A DNA stretch of 64,000 bases from Candidatus Bathyarchaeota archaeon (GCA_963702095.1 OY969706.1:1984001-2048000); one strand, 5' to 3'; counted from the stretch's first letter, positions 37,262 to 48,582 are shown. A program made the numbers and translations. The notes: generated from the sequence alone by a model not told the origin.

Positions 37262-39563
37262 GTTAAACAGGAGTTACTGCAGATTCGGAACGGAAACACT
37301 GCTTAAACTTCTCGACGGCGTCGACAACTTAATCGATGGAGTCGTAGAGAATGTTGATATTGAATGTGTCCATAAAACCCGTGTTGCTTCCCGTCGATTA
37401 AGGGCGGCTCTGCCTCTGTTTAGCGCCTGTTTTGACAAAAAAGACTACAAAGACTGGACAAAGGAAATCAAGAAAGTCACTAAACTGCTTTCCCAAGCAA
37501 GAGACCTTGACGTCCAAATCGCCTTTATCGAACAATACCTAAAAAAACTCAGCTCAGCGGAAGAGAAAGCAGGCATTAATGTGCTACTTAAGGACCATAA
37601 AAGCTGTCGAAAAAACATCCAATCCCAGGTCGATTCAGGGCTAAAAGAACTAAAAGACTGCAGCACCCTCGGCGATGTGGAGCATAACTGCAAGGACATA
37701 CTTGCTCAAGAGCTAAACCAACCCTTTGACCCCGCTCAAGTGCTGGAAAAAGCCCACTGGCACATATCCTATAGACTGGATGATTTTCTGTCGATGGCAG
37801 CCTACGTTTATGTGGAGAAAGAAAAATCAAAGCATCACCAGATGAGGATTTATGCTAAGAAGCTACGTTACACGATGGAGTGCTTTGCTCCTCTCTATCC
37901 AGATAAGCTCAATGGTGAAATAGAAACCATAAAAAACTTCCAAGATGTCCTAGGCGAAATGCATGACTGCGACGTCTGGACCGATTACATCCCCCAATTT
38001 AACAGAAAAATACAGGGAAAAACAAAACTTCCAAAGGGCACAAATAAACAAAAAATCAATCAAGCCCTCCATAACTTCCAAACCTACGTAGTAGACCGCA
38101 GAAAGAACTACTACAACCAGTTCATTAAACTCTGGGAGGAAAAAGAAGAAAACGGTTTTTTTGATAAACTAAGGGAAAAAACTGGGCGACACTATATGGC
38201 GTTAACTCAAGAGAGAATAAAAAAAGCGCTCAGGGACCCTAACGTGAAAATCGCGTTGATATCTGACGTCCATGCTAACCTGCAAGCTCTGGAGAAAGTG
38301 TTTGAAGACGCAATGAGCCGTGGAGCCAACGTTTTTCTCAATGCAGGCGACTCAATCGGTTTCGGCGCTAACCCCAACGAAGTGATAAAGTTGCTTTGTG
38401 AAAGAGGCGTCTTAAGCATCATGGGCAACTATGACTTAGAAGTGTTAGAGGGTAAAAGTGATGCTAAAGCAGAAAAAAAGGCAGCTTACAAATTTGCCAA
38501 AAAAGAACTGTCACAGTCAGCGAACTGTTATCTTCAGTCTTTGCCGCATGAACTCCGCCTTGAAGCAGTAGGACAGAAACTTTTCGTTACCCATGGAAGC
38601 CCCGAATCCATCGAAGAACACATTTACCAAGATACTCCGCCACAGCGTCTTGAAGTTTTTGCGGCTGTCGCCCAAGCAGACATCATTGTCGGGGGGCATT
38701 CGCATGAGCAGTTTCAGCGGACAACAAACGGAACCTGCTTTGTGAATCCGGGGAGCGTGGGCAGACCCGGCGACGGCAACCCTCAGGCCGGCTACGCTCT
38801 CCTCACCTTCAACCCCCTCAATATTGAATTGGTCAGGGTGGATTATGATGTTTGGGCTGCTGCAGACGCACTTAGAAAAGAGGGGCTGCCGGAGAGTTTT
38901 GCACAGATGCTTCTGTATGGAGTATCCCTTGATGTTATAACAAAGGAAGATCATGCTAAAGCTGGCTTTTCTGAGGCAGACTGCACAAGGGCGGTGGATG
39001 CATCAGGTAAGTTTTCGCGGGAACTATGGCCGGACGTTGACCATTATAAACAGGTAACTAATCTTGCGTTAGGCTTGTTTGATGGGCTGGCTAAATTGCA
39101 CAAGTTGGGTAAGCGGGAGCGTTGCTGGTTGGAATGCGCCGCCATATTACATGATGTCGGCTTGTCAAAAAACAGCGGTAAACACCACAAAAGCTCGATG
39201 CAAATCATCTTAAACAGCACCCAACTGCCGTTTCCATCCATGGATAGAAGGGTAATCGCAAGCATCGCCCGATACCACCGCAAGGCAATGCCGAAACAAA
39301 AGCACTACAATTTAACTACTTTAAACCGCGCCACAATCCATAAAATCTGTATTTTATCGAGTCTTCTGCGTTTGGCAGACAGTCTTGATTACACTCATGA
39401 ATCCGCCGTTAAACTGTTAGGCATCAAAGTTGGGACCAAAAAAGTAACTGTTGAATGCGTTTCTAAGACGGATTTTGCACTGGAAGAGCAGGCGTTTATT
39501 AAGAAGAAGGACTTGTTTGAAAAAGTCTTTAATAGAAAAACGATGCTGGTATGGAAACAGTGA
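37230..39563 (+). CDS. CHAD + YfcE-like metallophosphoesterase + HD-domain fusion protein
   Basis: VHKTRVASRRLR, RDLDV, HQMRI.AKKLRY, QDVLG.MHD (CHAD); SDVHAN, GD, GNYD, HGSP, GHSH, NPGSVG; LHDVG, ARYHRK, LRLADSLD. Confidence 0.9.
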   Translation: MNTQPTSQICELNRSYCRFGTETLLKLLDGVDNLIDGVVENVDIECVHKTRVASRRLRAALPLFSACFDKKDYKDWTKEIKKVTKLLSQARDLDVQIAFIEQYLKKLSSAEEKAGINVLLKDHKSCRKNIQSQVDSGLKELKDCSTLGDVEHNCKDILAQELNQPFDPAQVLEKAHWHISYRLDDFLSMAAYVYVEKEKSKHHQMRIYAKKLRYTMECFAPLYPDKLNGEIETIKNFQDVLGEMHDCDVWTDYIPQFNRKIQGKTKLPKGTNKQKINQALHNFQTYVVDRRKNYYNQFIKLWEEKEENGFFDKLREKTGRHYMALTQERIKKALRDPNVKIALISDVHANLQALEKVFEDAMSRGANVFLNAGDSIGFGANPNEVIKLLCERGVLSIMGNYDLEVLEGKSDAKAEKKAAYKFAKKELSQSANCYLQSLPHELRLEAVGQKLFVTHGSPESIEEHIYQDTPPQRLEVFAAVAQADIIVGGHSHEQFQRTTNGTCFVNPGSVGRPGDGNPQAGYALLTFNPLNIELVRVDYDVWAAADALRKEGLPESFAQMLLYGVSLDVITKEDHAKAGFSEADCTRAVDASGKFSRELWPDVDHYKQVTNLALGLFDGLAKLHKLGKRERCWLECAAILHDVGLSKNSGKHHKSSMQIILNSTQLPFPSMDRRVIASIARYHRKAMPKQKHYNLTTLNRATIHKICILSSLLRLADSLDYTHESAVKLLGIKVGTKKVTVECVSKTDFALEEQAFIKKKDLFEKVFNRKTMLVWKQ

Positions 39564-41128
39564 AAACCGCAGAACGTGTCGTGGGATTCATTGATATCGG
39601 CACAAACGCCGTACGACTTCTAGTGGTTAGGATAAACCCAAACCTTTCTTACACGATAATAAGCCAAGAGAAAGAAGTAGTGAGGCTAGGCGAACAGGAA
39701 TTCAAAGATTGCATTCTAAGACCTGACGCTAAGGAAAGAGCTATTTTCGTATGCGGTAAATTCGCTGCGCTAGCTAGAACCTACGGTGCAGACGAAATCG
39801 TTTCGGTTGGAACTTCAGCGATTAGGGAAGCCATAAACAGAGACGAATTTCTTGGGGAACTTAAAGCGAAAACTGGGTTAGAAGTTAAGGTTATTTCGGG
39901 GCAAGAGGAAGCAAGGCTCATCTGGTTGGGCGTATCCAGCGGGATAGACATCGGCGACCAAAAAGCGTTGTTCATAGATTTAGGCGGAGGCAGCACTGAA
40001 ATTGCAATCGCAAATCAAAACGAATGCTTCTACATCAACAGCCTCCGCTTGGGTGCAATCCGTTTGACTTCACAGTTTATCGGTGAAGGCTGGACTGGAC
40101 CCATAAGCGCCGAAACATACAAGCAAATCCGGAACTACTCCTGCAACAAAATAAACATCGTAAAATCCCGAGTTCTACAATACGGTGTCAGGTTAGCGTG
40201 GGGTTCTTCTGGGACGATGATTAATCTGGCAGAGGTTTCGAATAAACTGTTCAAGAAAACTGCCGGCGAAAAGGAACTGGTATTGTCCAGAAAGAACCTC
40301 AAAAAATTGGCCACTGTGCTTTGTTGGCTGCCCCTTGAGGAACGAAGAAAAGTACCAGCCATCAACCCTGACCGCGCAGATATTATTATCGCTGGAGCCG
40401 CGATAATCGAAGCGGTTATGGAACAGTTTGGACTCGAAGAAATAAACATCAGCCACCGAGAACTCCGAGACGGCCTACTGGTTGACTACCTCTCCAAGTA
40501 TGAAGGCTTTAGGCAACTTCAAAAAACCCCTATGAGAAACCGCAGCATTTTGCATTTGGGGAGATCATGCAATTTCGATGAGAAACACGCTGAAACAGTC
40601 ACTACATTGGCTTTACAGCTTTTTGACAGTGCAAAACAGGTTGGTTTACATCGCATGGGCGAAAAAGAAAGAGAACTGCTAAAACACGCGGCTACTCTCC
40701 ATGACGTCGGCGACTTTCTCTCCTTCAACAATCACCATCTCCACTCACACTACATCATCAGTAACGCGGGGCTCCCAGGCTTCGATAAGGAAGAAATCCA
40801 AATCATTGCTAACATCGCCCGTTTCCACAGAAAAAAGTTGCCTTCCAAGAAAGCCCTAAAATATGAGGGGCTCGACGAGGAAAACAAAGACACTGTGGCG
40901 TTACTATCTACGTTTTTGAGGTTTGCTGAAAAACTTGATCGAAGCCACTGTGGGTTGGTGAAGAAAGCAGAGTTTGTCAAGGTCAATAAAGACCAAGTGC
41001 TTCTTAGGTTCTATTCAGACACGGATTGTAGCCTTGAAGAGTGGAGTATCATCCAGAATCGGCAGGCGTTTTTCGAAGCGTTCGAGAAGCAGTTGGAAGC
41101 GCAATGCATCGAAACCCCCAGCAAATAG
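39551..41128 (+). CDS. ppx: Ppx/GppA exopolyphosphatase with an HD domain
   Basis: IDIGTN, TSAIREA, EEARL, DLGGGSTE, RADII, LRDG, LHDVG. Confidence 0.95.
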   Translation: METVKTAERVVGFIDIGTNAVRLLVVRINPNLSYTIISQEKEVVRLGEQEFKDCILRPDAKERAIFVCGKFAALARTYGADEIVSVGTSAIREAINRDEFLGELKAKTGLEVKVISGQEEARLIWLGVSSGIDIGDQKALFIDLGGGSTEIAIANQNECFYINSLRLGAIRLTSQFIGEGWTGPISAETYKQIRNYSCNKINIVKSRVLQYGVRLAWGSSGTMINLAEVSNKLFKKTAGEKELVLSRKNLKKLATVLCWLPLEERRKVPAINPDRADIIIAGAAIIEAVMEQFGLEEINISHRELRDGLLVDYLSKYEGFRQLQKTPMRNRSILHLGRSCNFDEKHAETVTTLALQLFDSAKQVGLHRMGEKERELLKHAATLHDVGDFLSFNNHHLHSHYIISNAGLPGFDKEEIQIIANIARFHRKKLPSKKALKYEGLDEENKDTVALLSTFLRFAEKLDRSHCGLVKKAEFVKVNKDQVLLRFYSDTDCSLEEWSIIQNRQAFFEAFEKQLEAQCIETPSK

Positions 41129-41376
41129 CAGTAAACTGGGTTATGGAGAGCCCAACGTTCCTTTATAAAAACGGGGGATACCTCTAAGATAGGTCGCGTG
41201 GGCTCCAACATGGCTTTTGAGCTGCTTGAGGAAAACGCCTCAACCATATAGCACCCCATCTCCGTTGCAGAACCCAAACAGAGCCGTCTGCCAAGCCCCT
41301 AAGAAGATGATGAGCAAGGGGCACTCTCTCTTCTTCTTAAACTAGAAAACACAACTTGCCATTCTGCAGGATGCGG

Positions 41377-42270
41377 TCACTCTTTTTCCAGTTCCGCCTT
41401 AGCTTTAGACAACTCTTTCCGTTGCGCATCAGACACAGAAGGATACTTCAAGTCTAGTTTCTGTATTTGAGTAACGATGATTTCGGAGATAAGGGCATGC
41501 GTCACCCATTTTTTGTCTGCGGGAATAATGTACCAAGAAGCCCACTCAGTGCTGGTTCTGCTTAGCATTTCCCCGTATGCCTGCTGGTACTGCTGCCACT
41601 TGGAGCGTTCAGAGAGGTCTGCTAAAGAGAATTTCCAGTATTTATCTGGGTTTTCTAGGCGTTTTAGTAAGCGGTCTTTCTGTTTCTTCTCTGAAATATG
41701 CAAGAAAAACTTGAGTACCACCGTGCCGTTTCGGATTAGATGTCGTTCGAAGCAGTTTATGTCTTCATAGCGTTGACCCCAAAAGGCTTCACCATCGGCA
41801 TGAGGCGGCAACTTGTTTTTTTCTAAAACTTCAGGACGAACCTTCACGACCAAGACGTCTTCGTAGTAAGAGCGGTTAAAGATTCCGATGCGTCCCCTCT
41901 CTGGGAGGGCTTTTTGGTGTCGCCAAAGAAAATCATGGTCAAGTTCCTCCTCACTGGGGGTTTTAAAGCTTGTTACCTCGCATCCCTGCGGATTAACCCC
42001 AGACATAACATGGCGGATGGTGCTGTCTTTGCCTGCGGCATCCATGCCCTGCAGAATAATCAACATTGCGTAGTTATCGCTGGCCCAAAGCAGCTCCTGT
42101 TCGTTTATTAGTTTTTGACGGTTTTCCGCAAGGACCGCTGTCGCGTGTTGTTTTACGGTTTTTTTGTGTTTTTCCTCTCTAACCCACTTCGGAGCCCAGT
42201 TTGAGGGGTAAGTTTTCAAGTCTACTTTTTTGCCGACTGGCACTTTAAAGTCTTCAGGGTGCATTGACAT
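41377..42270 (-). CDS. ppk2: polyphosphate kinase 2 family (polyP:nucleotide phosphotransferase)
   Basis: QGMDAAGKD, GVNPQG, HDFLWR, FNRSYYEDVL, KFFLHIS, WKF. Confidence 0.94.
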   Translation of the reverse strand: MSMHPEDFKVPVGKKVDLKTYPSNWAPKWVREEKHKKTVKQHATAVLAENRQKLINEQELLWASDNYAMLIILQGMDAAGKDSTIRHVMSGVNPQGCEVTSFKTPSEEELDHDFLWRHQKALPERGRIGIFNRSYYEDVLVVKVRPEVLEKNKLPPHADGEAFWGQRYEDINCFERHLIRNGTVVLKFFLHISEKKQKDRLLKRLENPDKYWKFSLADLSERSKWQQYQQAYGEMLSRTSTEWASWYIIPADKKWVTHALISEIIVTQIQKLDLKYPSVSDAQRKELSKAKAELEKE

Positions 42271-42469
42271 TAAAACCAACCTATTGTTTGTAGGTTAATG
42301 TTGCATATATTTGCTAGGGCAACTTCCGCTGTCCCGGTTGAAGAATCCATGGCGTGAATCGTCAGACTTTTTTATAGGAAAACCTAAAAAACAGCAGCTA
42401 CCTTAACAGTAAACTAAGCGACACAGCGAATCAGCACTGTGTTAAGCGACTAATTATCAAAGTTAACTA

Positions 42470-44047
42470 ATGCTTGGAGAGAGGAGTCCCACAATGGTTG
42501 AAAAGCCTGCATTCACCGGTGAAAAGAAAGCCAGCGGTGACAGTGCCAATTGCCATTCAGTCAGCAGCCAAAACATCCACCAGGGCTTATTCGTGCATAT
42601 GAACGATGGATTCGCATACTGCAAAGTAATCTTTGACCAATCAGGCAACCCCATAGACTACGTTTTCTGTGAAGTAAACAAAGCTTTTCGACAGATAACC
42701 AAGATATGTGACAGACCTATAATCGGGGAAAAAACCACCGAGGTCTACCCTTGGTCAAAGACAGAAGCGTCTGAATGGATAAAAATATGCGGCACAATCG
42801 CTCAAACAGGAAAAAGCATGATGTTTGAGGGACAATGCAAATCGTTGAATCGATGGTTTGCAGTTAACGCTTACTGCCCAGAAAAAGGCTATGTCGCCAT
42901 GATAATCAAGGACATCTCTGGGCGCAAAAAAACGGAGCAGGCGCTGAGGCAGAGCGAAAGGCAATATAAGAAACTCGCTAACAGCATAACTGACCCCTTT
43001 TTCGCTTTGGATTCCTGTTTAAAGTTCACTTACTGGAATAAAGCAAGCGAAAAAAGCATGGGAATCAAAAGCGCAGATACGCTGGGGAAACATTTCTTTG
43101 ATGTTTTCGGCCGAACTAGAGCTACCCGCAAAGCCTCCAGCGTCTACCTTGATGTTATGCGGACAAAGTGCCCCCGGACCATTATTGACCGGCTTCCTAA
43201 AGCCGAAGCTGAAACAGTGTTTGAAATCGAAGTGTCCCCCACCGGCAACGGCATTTCAGTGTTAGCTAAAGATATCACGGAACGTAAGAAAAAGCAAATT
43301 ATCATGGAGGAATATGCTAAGCGGCTTGAGGAACTGGTGAAGGTTCGCACGGAGAAGTTGAAAAATGCTGAGCGGTTAGCTGCGATTGGTGAAACTGCAG
43401 GCATGATTGGTCATGACATCCGCAATCCGCTACAATCCATAATCGGTGAATTGTATCTGGCAAAAGATGAGTTAAGTGATCTAGCGGATTTAGGGGCAAA
43501 AGAGAGATTGCTCGACAGCCTCGACCACATCGAAGAACAAACGCTCTACATCAACAAGATTGTGGCGGACCTTCAGGATTTCGCTAAACCCCTAACCCCC
43601 GTCACCACAGAAACCGACCTTGAACAAATAGTTAAAGCGGTAATGCGGGAGTTAGAAGTGCCAGCCAACGTTAAAGCCGCGTATTCGGTTACCAAGCCCT
43701 TTCCACTCCTCAAAACCGACCCCTCGTTTATCAAACGCATCCTCACAAACTTGGTTCGCAACGGCATACAAGCCATGGATGAATACGGAGGCGAATTGTC
43801 GGTGAATGCTTTTCCAAGAGATGGTTCAGTTATACTGGCAGTTTCAGATACTGGCGCAGGTATCCCTGATGCAGTTAAGGAAAAACTGTTCAAACCCCTG
43901 TTTACAACCAAGTCAAAGGGGCAGGGTTTTGGGTTGCCTGTGGTGAAAAAACTAGTTGAGGCGTTAGAGGGAAACGTGAGTTTTGAAACTCAAGTGGGTA
44001 AGGGCACAACTTTTGTTGTTGAATTGCCCTTGAAACGGAAGGTTTAG
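42470..44047 (+). CDS. cytoplasmic PAS-PAS sensor histidine kinase
   Basis: Two PAS-like domains; GHDIRNPL, NLVRNG, DTGAGI, FTTK, G.GFGL boxes. Confidence 0.92.
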   Translation: MLGERSPTMVEKPAFTGEKKASGDSANCHSVSSQNIHQGLFVHMNDGFAYCKVIFDQSGNPIDYVFCEVNKAFRQITKICDRPIIGEKTTEVYPWSKTEASEWIKICGTIAQTGKSMMFEGQCKSLNRWFAVNAYCPEKGYVAMIIKDISGRKKTEQALRQSERQYKKLANSITDPFFALDSCLKFTYWNKASEKSMGIKSADTLGKHFFDVFGRTRATRKASSVYLDVMRTKCPRTIIDRLPKAEAETVFEIEVSPTGNGISVLAKDITERKKKQIIMEEYAKRLEELVKVRTEKLKNAERLAAIGETAGMIGHDIRNPLQSIIGELYLAKDELSDLADLGAKERLLDSLDHIEEQTLYINKIVADLQDFAKPLTPVTTETDLEQIVKAVMRELEVPANVKAAYSVTKPFPLLKTDPSFIKRILTNLVRNGIQAMDEYGGELSVNAFPRDGSVILAVSDTGAGIPDAVKEKLFKPLFTTKSKGQGFGLPVVKKLVEALEGNVSFETQVGKGTTFVVELPLKRKV

Positions 44048-44687
44048 CCTAGGCTGACTTTCTCGCCTGTAACAATGTAGATGATGGATTCACAGACGTA
44101 AACCGCGTGGTCTGCAATGCGCTCGAGATATCGGCTGACCAGTAAGCTCGATATGATGCATTTGTAGTTTGGCGTCTCATGGTCGATTAGTCTAGTTGAA
44201 AGTCTAGGTACATTTTATCGACTTCTCGTTCTATTGGGCAGATGGTTCTTGCATGAACCAAGTCGTGTTTACGCAACGAGTCTATGCTGATTCTCACCAT
44301 GGTGAGCACTTTCTGACTCATTTCTGCAAGGTAATCCCTTGTTGCCTCATCACATGGGTTAAGTCCGCTTAATTGATCATTAATTGAGGAAATGTCAAGT
44401 GCGTATCTGCCATACCTTGCGAAGTCGTTGCCGATTTTCATGTAAGATTTTATGGCGCGTAAATCCGAGGCAACTGGCTGATAACGTGCAATCAACTCAA
44501 AGGTTTTATCTTCCACTTTATCAGCCATCACAACAAGCATGTCGGACATTTCTCGCACTTGGGCTTGGACGCTTTTGCCTTCCAAGTATCCATGTATAGA
44601 CACCGATAAGGCTTCATACGTTAAATCCCCCATGCGAGTCAGCAATACGGACTGTTCTTCTAATCCTTTGTCGATTATTCTACTCAT
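44044..44687 (-). pseudogene. phoU: phosphate signalling protein PhoU, one base short near 44200
   Basis: ARYQPVASDLR; C-terminal RYLERIADHAVYVCE..IYIVTG lies in another frame ending at 44044. Confidence 0.88.
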
Positions 44688-44699
44688 CTAACTGGTCCC

Positions 44700-45473
44700 T
44701 TATCCGAATTCTCCTGTTATGTACTTCTCAGTTAATTGGTTTTTCGGAGACTCAAAAATCTCTTTCGTAGAACCATACTCGATTAAAGAGCCCAAGTATA
44801 AGAAGGCGGTGTAATCGGATACTCGGGAAGCTTGCTGCATGTTATGGGTAACGATGACAACAGTATAGTTTTTCTTTAATTCAACGACTAAACGTTCAAT
44901 CTTTGAAGAGGCAATAGGGTCCAAAGCAGAGGTAGGTTCATCCATCAAGATAACTTCGGGCGCCAAGGCAATTGCACGGGCAATACACAAGCGTTGTTGC
45001 TGCCCGCCTGAAATGCTTGTACCCGGTTTCTTGAGGTCATCTTTGACTTCCTCCCAAAGGGTTGCTTGTTGCAGGCTATGTTTGACAACTTCGTCAAGGT
45101 TCTTTCCTTTTCTTGCGCCTGTTAATTTTAAACCTGCTGCAACATTGTCATAAATGGACATGGTGGGAAAGGGGTTTGGTTTTTGGAAAACCATGCCAAC
45201 TCGCCTCCGTATCATTACTGCATCAACGTTTGGAGCGTAAATGTTTTCGCCATCCAAGAGTACCTGCCCAGACATCTTGGCACCGGGGACTAATTCATGC
45301 ATTCGGTTGAGAATGCGGATAAAAGTAGATTTGCCGCATCCTGAAGGGCCAATTAACGCGGTAACTGCGTTGGTTATGATTGGTACGTTTATGTCTTTGA
45401 GGGCTTGCTTTGTTCCAAACCAAGCGTTCAATCCTATGCTTTGCATTTTAATGTTTTCTGAGTCATACGTCAT
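44700..45473 (-). CDS. pstB: phosphate ABC transporter ATP-binding protein
   Basis: [38 protein letters not shown]. Confidence 0.97.
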   Translation of the reverse strand: MTYDSENIKMQSIGLNAWFGTKQALKDINVPIITNAVTALIGPSGCGKSTFIRILNRMHELVPGAKMSGQVLLDGENIYAPNVDAVMIRRRVGMVFQKPNPFPTMSIYDNVAAGLKLTGARKGKNLDEVVKHSLQQATLWEEVKDDLKKPGTSISGGQQQRLCIARAIALAPEVILMDEPTSALDPIASSKIERLVVELKKNYTVVIVTHNMQQASRVSDYTAFLYLGSLIEYGSTKEIFESPKNQLTEKYITGEFG

Positions 45474-46339
45474 CTTGCTACTCCTCCATATCGATCTCTA
45501 GTGGCTAATCTAACGCCTACGTTAAGAGCCAATACTATTAAAATCAACACTAACGATGCACCCCAAGCTTGAGCTTGTGTTTCTAAGGAGGGCATTCTTG
45601 AATCATAGAAAATTCTAAGGGGCAATGCATCCATCGGCGAACTGAGTCCTTGAAAGAAGAAACTACTGCCCAGAATCGTAAGCAGTATGGGCGCGGTTTC
45701 TCCTGCGATTCTTGCGACCGCAAGTAATGTTCCGGTAACTAAGCCGCCTTTTGCTGAAGGTATTACTATGCTAAGGATGGTTCGCCATCGGTGGACGCCT
45801 AAAGCCATTGATGCTTCACGCACGCTGGTGGGTACAAGTTTGAGGGATTCCTCAGTTGTTCTTGCCACAATGGGAATCATCATGAAAGAAAGTGCGATGG
45901 CTCCAGCAATCGGTGAGAAGCCCATGCGTATTAAACCCACAACAATTAAGCTGTAAGCTGTGATGCCAACGATTATTGAGGGAAACTCTGTTAATATGTC
46001 GTTGATTGTCCGCATCCAGGTGGCATACTTGTTATTTCCGTATTCAGCAAGGTATACGCCGGATAATACACCGAGCGGAATTCCTATGAGGCTGGTTAAA
46101 CCCAAAAGAATTAAAGTTCCCTGAATAGCTGGTCCAATACCCCCCTGTAATCCGTTAGCAGTTAAAAAGTGCAGGTTAATTACGGGAGCACCTCGGGCTA
46201 TTACTTCAAAGAGGATACTTAACAGAGGCACAATTGCAATTAGGACGCAGAGGAGACAGAGCACGTAGAAGAACTTGTTCCTGAATTTGCGAAAGTGATA
46301 GTTGTCAAGTTTTATTTTTTGGAGGATACGGTTTGCCAT
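45470..46339 (-). CDS. pstA: phosphate ABC transporter permease
   Basis: [27 protein letters not shown]. Confidence 0.95.
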   Translation of the reverse strand: MANRILQKIKLDNYHFRKFRNKFFYVLCLLCVLIAIVPLLSILFEVIARGAPVINLHFLTANGLQGGIGPAIQGTLILLGLTSLIGIPLGVLSGVYLAEYGNNKYATWMRTINDILTEFPSIIVGITAYSLIVVGLIRMGFSPIAGAIALSFMMIPIVARTTEESLKLVPTSVREASMALGVHRWRTILSIVIPSAKGGLVTGTLLAVARIAGETAPILLTILGSSFFFQGLSSPMDALPLRIFYDSRMPSLETQAQAWGASLVLILIVLALNVGVRLATRDRYGGVAR

Positions 46340-47274
46340 TACTCTACAGCGCCTCCTTTTACTTTCAGAACACGAGTAACCATTACATGAGCTATGACGT
46401 TTATGATTAAACTGATTGCAAGCAGAACTAATCCTGCAGCGATGTATGCTGAACCTTCAATTGGTGATTGGGAATCGAAGAAGCCGTTGGCTATCAATGA
46501 AGGCAAAGTTTGGCCTGGCTGAAACAGTGTAGTGGGCATAGCGGCTGGACCTGTGGCGTTGCCTATTACCATGGTTACAGCCATAGTTTCACCTACTGCT
46601 CGGCCTAAACCGAGAATGACTGCTCCGAAGATTCCAGAGCGTCCATAGCTGAGAACCCAATGTCGGATAACTTCCCATTTTGTAGCTCCAATGCTGTAGG
46701 CGCCTTCTCTAATCGAGTCTGGAACTGCAGCGATGACTTCTCGAGAGACTGAAGCAACTGTGGGAATAATCATTATGGATAGAATCAAGCCTGCAGTTAG
46801 GAAATCTAAGCCGAAGGGAGTTCCGCTGAATATGGGAATCCATCCGAGGTAGGTGTTGAGGGGAATTTCAATGTAGTCTAAGACCCAAAAACGCAGAACA
46901 AACAAGCCCCAGAGCCCAAAAATAACACTGGGTACGGCTGCAAGCATCTCTACCAGGTAGGAAAAGGGAACTTTCACGAATTTAGGAGCCATCTCTACAA
47001 TAAAAATGGCGATTCCTATGCTTAAGGGTACACCGATTAATAGAGCGATTCCGGATGTTATGAGTGTACCAAGAATGTAGGGCAGAACCCCAAAAGATGC
47101 AATACCAGGATTCCAGTTTATCCCTGTTAAGAATCTAACTCCAAATTCGCTTAGAGCTAAGGTTGATCCGGAAACTAGGACATAAGTATTCAAGATAAAG
47201 ACGACGGCGGCTGATGCGGCGATTACTGCGACCAATATCTGGAAGACTTTATCGCCAGTTAGCTTACGCGTCAT
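46339..47274 (-). CDS. pstC: phosphate ABC transporter permease
   Basis: LAAVPSVIFGLWG, GATKWE, GRAVGETMAV. Confidence 0.95.
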   Translation of the reverse strand: MTRKLTGDKVFQILVAVIAASAAVVFILNTYVLVSGSTLALSEFGVRFLTGINWNPGIASFGVLPYILGTLITSGIALLIGVPLSIGIAIFIVEMAPKFVKVPFSYLVEMLAAVPSVIFGLWGLFVLRFWVLDYIEIPLNTYLGWIPIFSGTPFGLDFLTAGLILSIMIIPTVASVSREVIAAVPDSIREGAYSIGATKWEVIRHWVLSYGRSGIFGAVILGLGRAVGETMAVTMVIGNATGPAAMPTTLFQPGQTLPSLIANGFFDSQSPIEGSAYIAAGLVLLAISLIINVIAHVMVTRVLKVKGGAVE

Positions 47275-47349
47275 ACAAATCTGCCTGAGTTTTTAAACTT
47301 GAAAGAAAAAAAAGGTTTTGGAGTTTGATTCGTCATATCATCGTCGCAT

Positions 47350-48444
47350 TTAATGGGTCGGTATGGCTTGTCCGTTGAAAGTTATTGAGTTAAGCGTTGC
47401 TTCGTCGATCTGAACTAGGTTTGAGGGAAGCGTTGCATATTCTAGTGAAGGCGCAAGTTGCTGACCGTCATGCACTACATACCACATGTATTGCACAATT
47501 GCTGTTGCTTTGTCTATTGTCATGCCATCGACTACGCCGAGGTCTTTGTATATCAACATGTATGTTGGAGTCACAATTGGGTAGGCTTGAGCACCCGAGG
47601 TGTTGAGTATGGAAACATCTGCCCAACTGTCACTTCCAGACGGAAGGGAACTTGGAAGCGCTTGAGCTGCTGCTGTTGTTGAGTCCAGTGTGGGGAGAAT
47701 ATAGTTGCCCGCTGGGTTTTGGATTGCTGCCACGGTTACGTCGTTTTGTAAGGCGTAGGCTAATTCGATGTATCCGATGGCATAGTCTGTTGTGGTGACT
47801 GTCGCTGCAACGGCTGAGTTGCCGCTTTGACCTGTTCCGACTGGCCATTGAACAGTGGTGTTTGCTCCGACGTGTGTACTCCATGTGTTACTGACTAGTG
47901 AGAGGTATTTTGTGAACCAGTTGGTTGTTCCTGAACCGTCTGATCTGTGTACAACAGCTATGGAGTGGTGTGGTAACGTCAAGTCTGGGTTGAGCGCTAC
48001 GATAGCTGGGTCATCCCACGTTGTTATTGTGCCAAGGAAGATGTTAGCGATTACAGGACCTGAGAGTTTTAGACCGGAGTCAATACCGGGTAGGTTGTAA
48101 GCGACTGTGATTGCACCGATGGTTTCTGGGATGTGGACGGTGTCAGGCGCTGCTGCTCTCTGAGAAGCAGACAAGGGCGCGTCTGAACATGCGAAGTCAA
48201 CGACTTTGTTTGTGAGGTCGCTGACACCTTTGCCGCTGCCGCCACCTTGATAGTTAATTTGTACATTTGGTTTCATGGAAGAGTATTCGGTTATTGTTGC
48301 ATTAAGGAATGGCTGGGGGAAAGTTGCGCCTGAAGCGGTTAAAGCGATTGTGGGAGTGCTTGGGGTTGATAGATAGACGTATGCTGCTACACCGCCGATT
48401 ATTATTACGATTGCGACTATTGCTAATATGATTGAAGTCTTCAA
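47350..48444 (-). CDS. pstS: phosphate ABC transporter substrate-binding protein
   Basis: GATFP, GGGSGKG, SDAPL, HRSDGSGTT, IGYIE, AYPI. Confidence 0.96.
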   Translation of the reverse strand: MKTSIILAIVAIVIIIGGVAAYVYLSTPSTPTIALTASGATFPQPFLNATITEYSSMKPNVQINYQGGGSGKGVSDLTNKVVDFACSDAPLSASQRAAAPDTVHIPETIGAITVAYNLPGIDSGLKLSGPVIANIFLGTITTWDDPAIVALNPDLTLPHHSIAVVHRSDGSGTTNWFTKYLSLVSNTWSTHVGANTTVQWPVGTGQSGNSAVAATVTTTDYAIGYIELAYALQNDVTVAAIQNPAGNYILPTLDSTTAAAQALPSSLPSGSDSWADVSILNTSGAQAYPIVTPTYMLIYKDLGVVDGMTIDKATAIVQYMWYVVHDGQQLAPSLEYATLPSNLVQIDEATLNSITFNGQAIPTH

Positions 48445-48482
48445 ACTTATTTCCTCACTTGCCCTAATTGGAAAATAAGTTA

Positions 48483-48563
48483 CTTATATTGAACCTACGT
48501 ACAAGCTATAAACTATATAGATATAGCATATATAATTAGTAGATGCTAAAGACACTATATTAG
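48483..48563. promoter_or_regulatory. divergent pstS/regulator promoter with clustered CTATA(TAG) elements
   Basis: CTATATAG at 48513, CTATAA at 48506, CTATATTAG at 48555. Confidence 0.55.
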
Positions 48564-48582
48564 AGCAGGTTGAGACTTTCTC

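Noticed and set aside
41011-41365. Short ORFs between ppx and ppk2
   Set aside because: No convincing start, motif or ribosome-binding site
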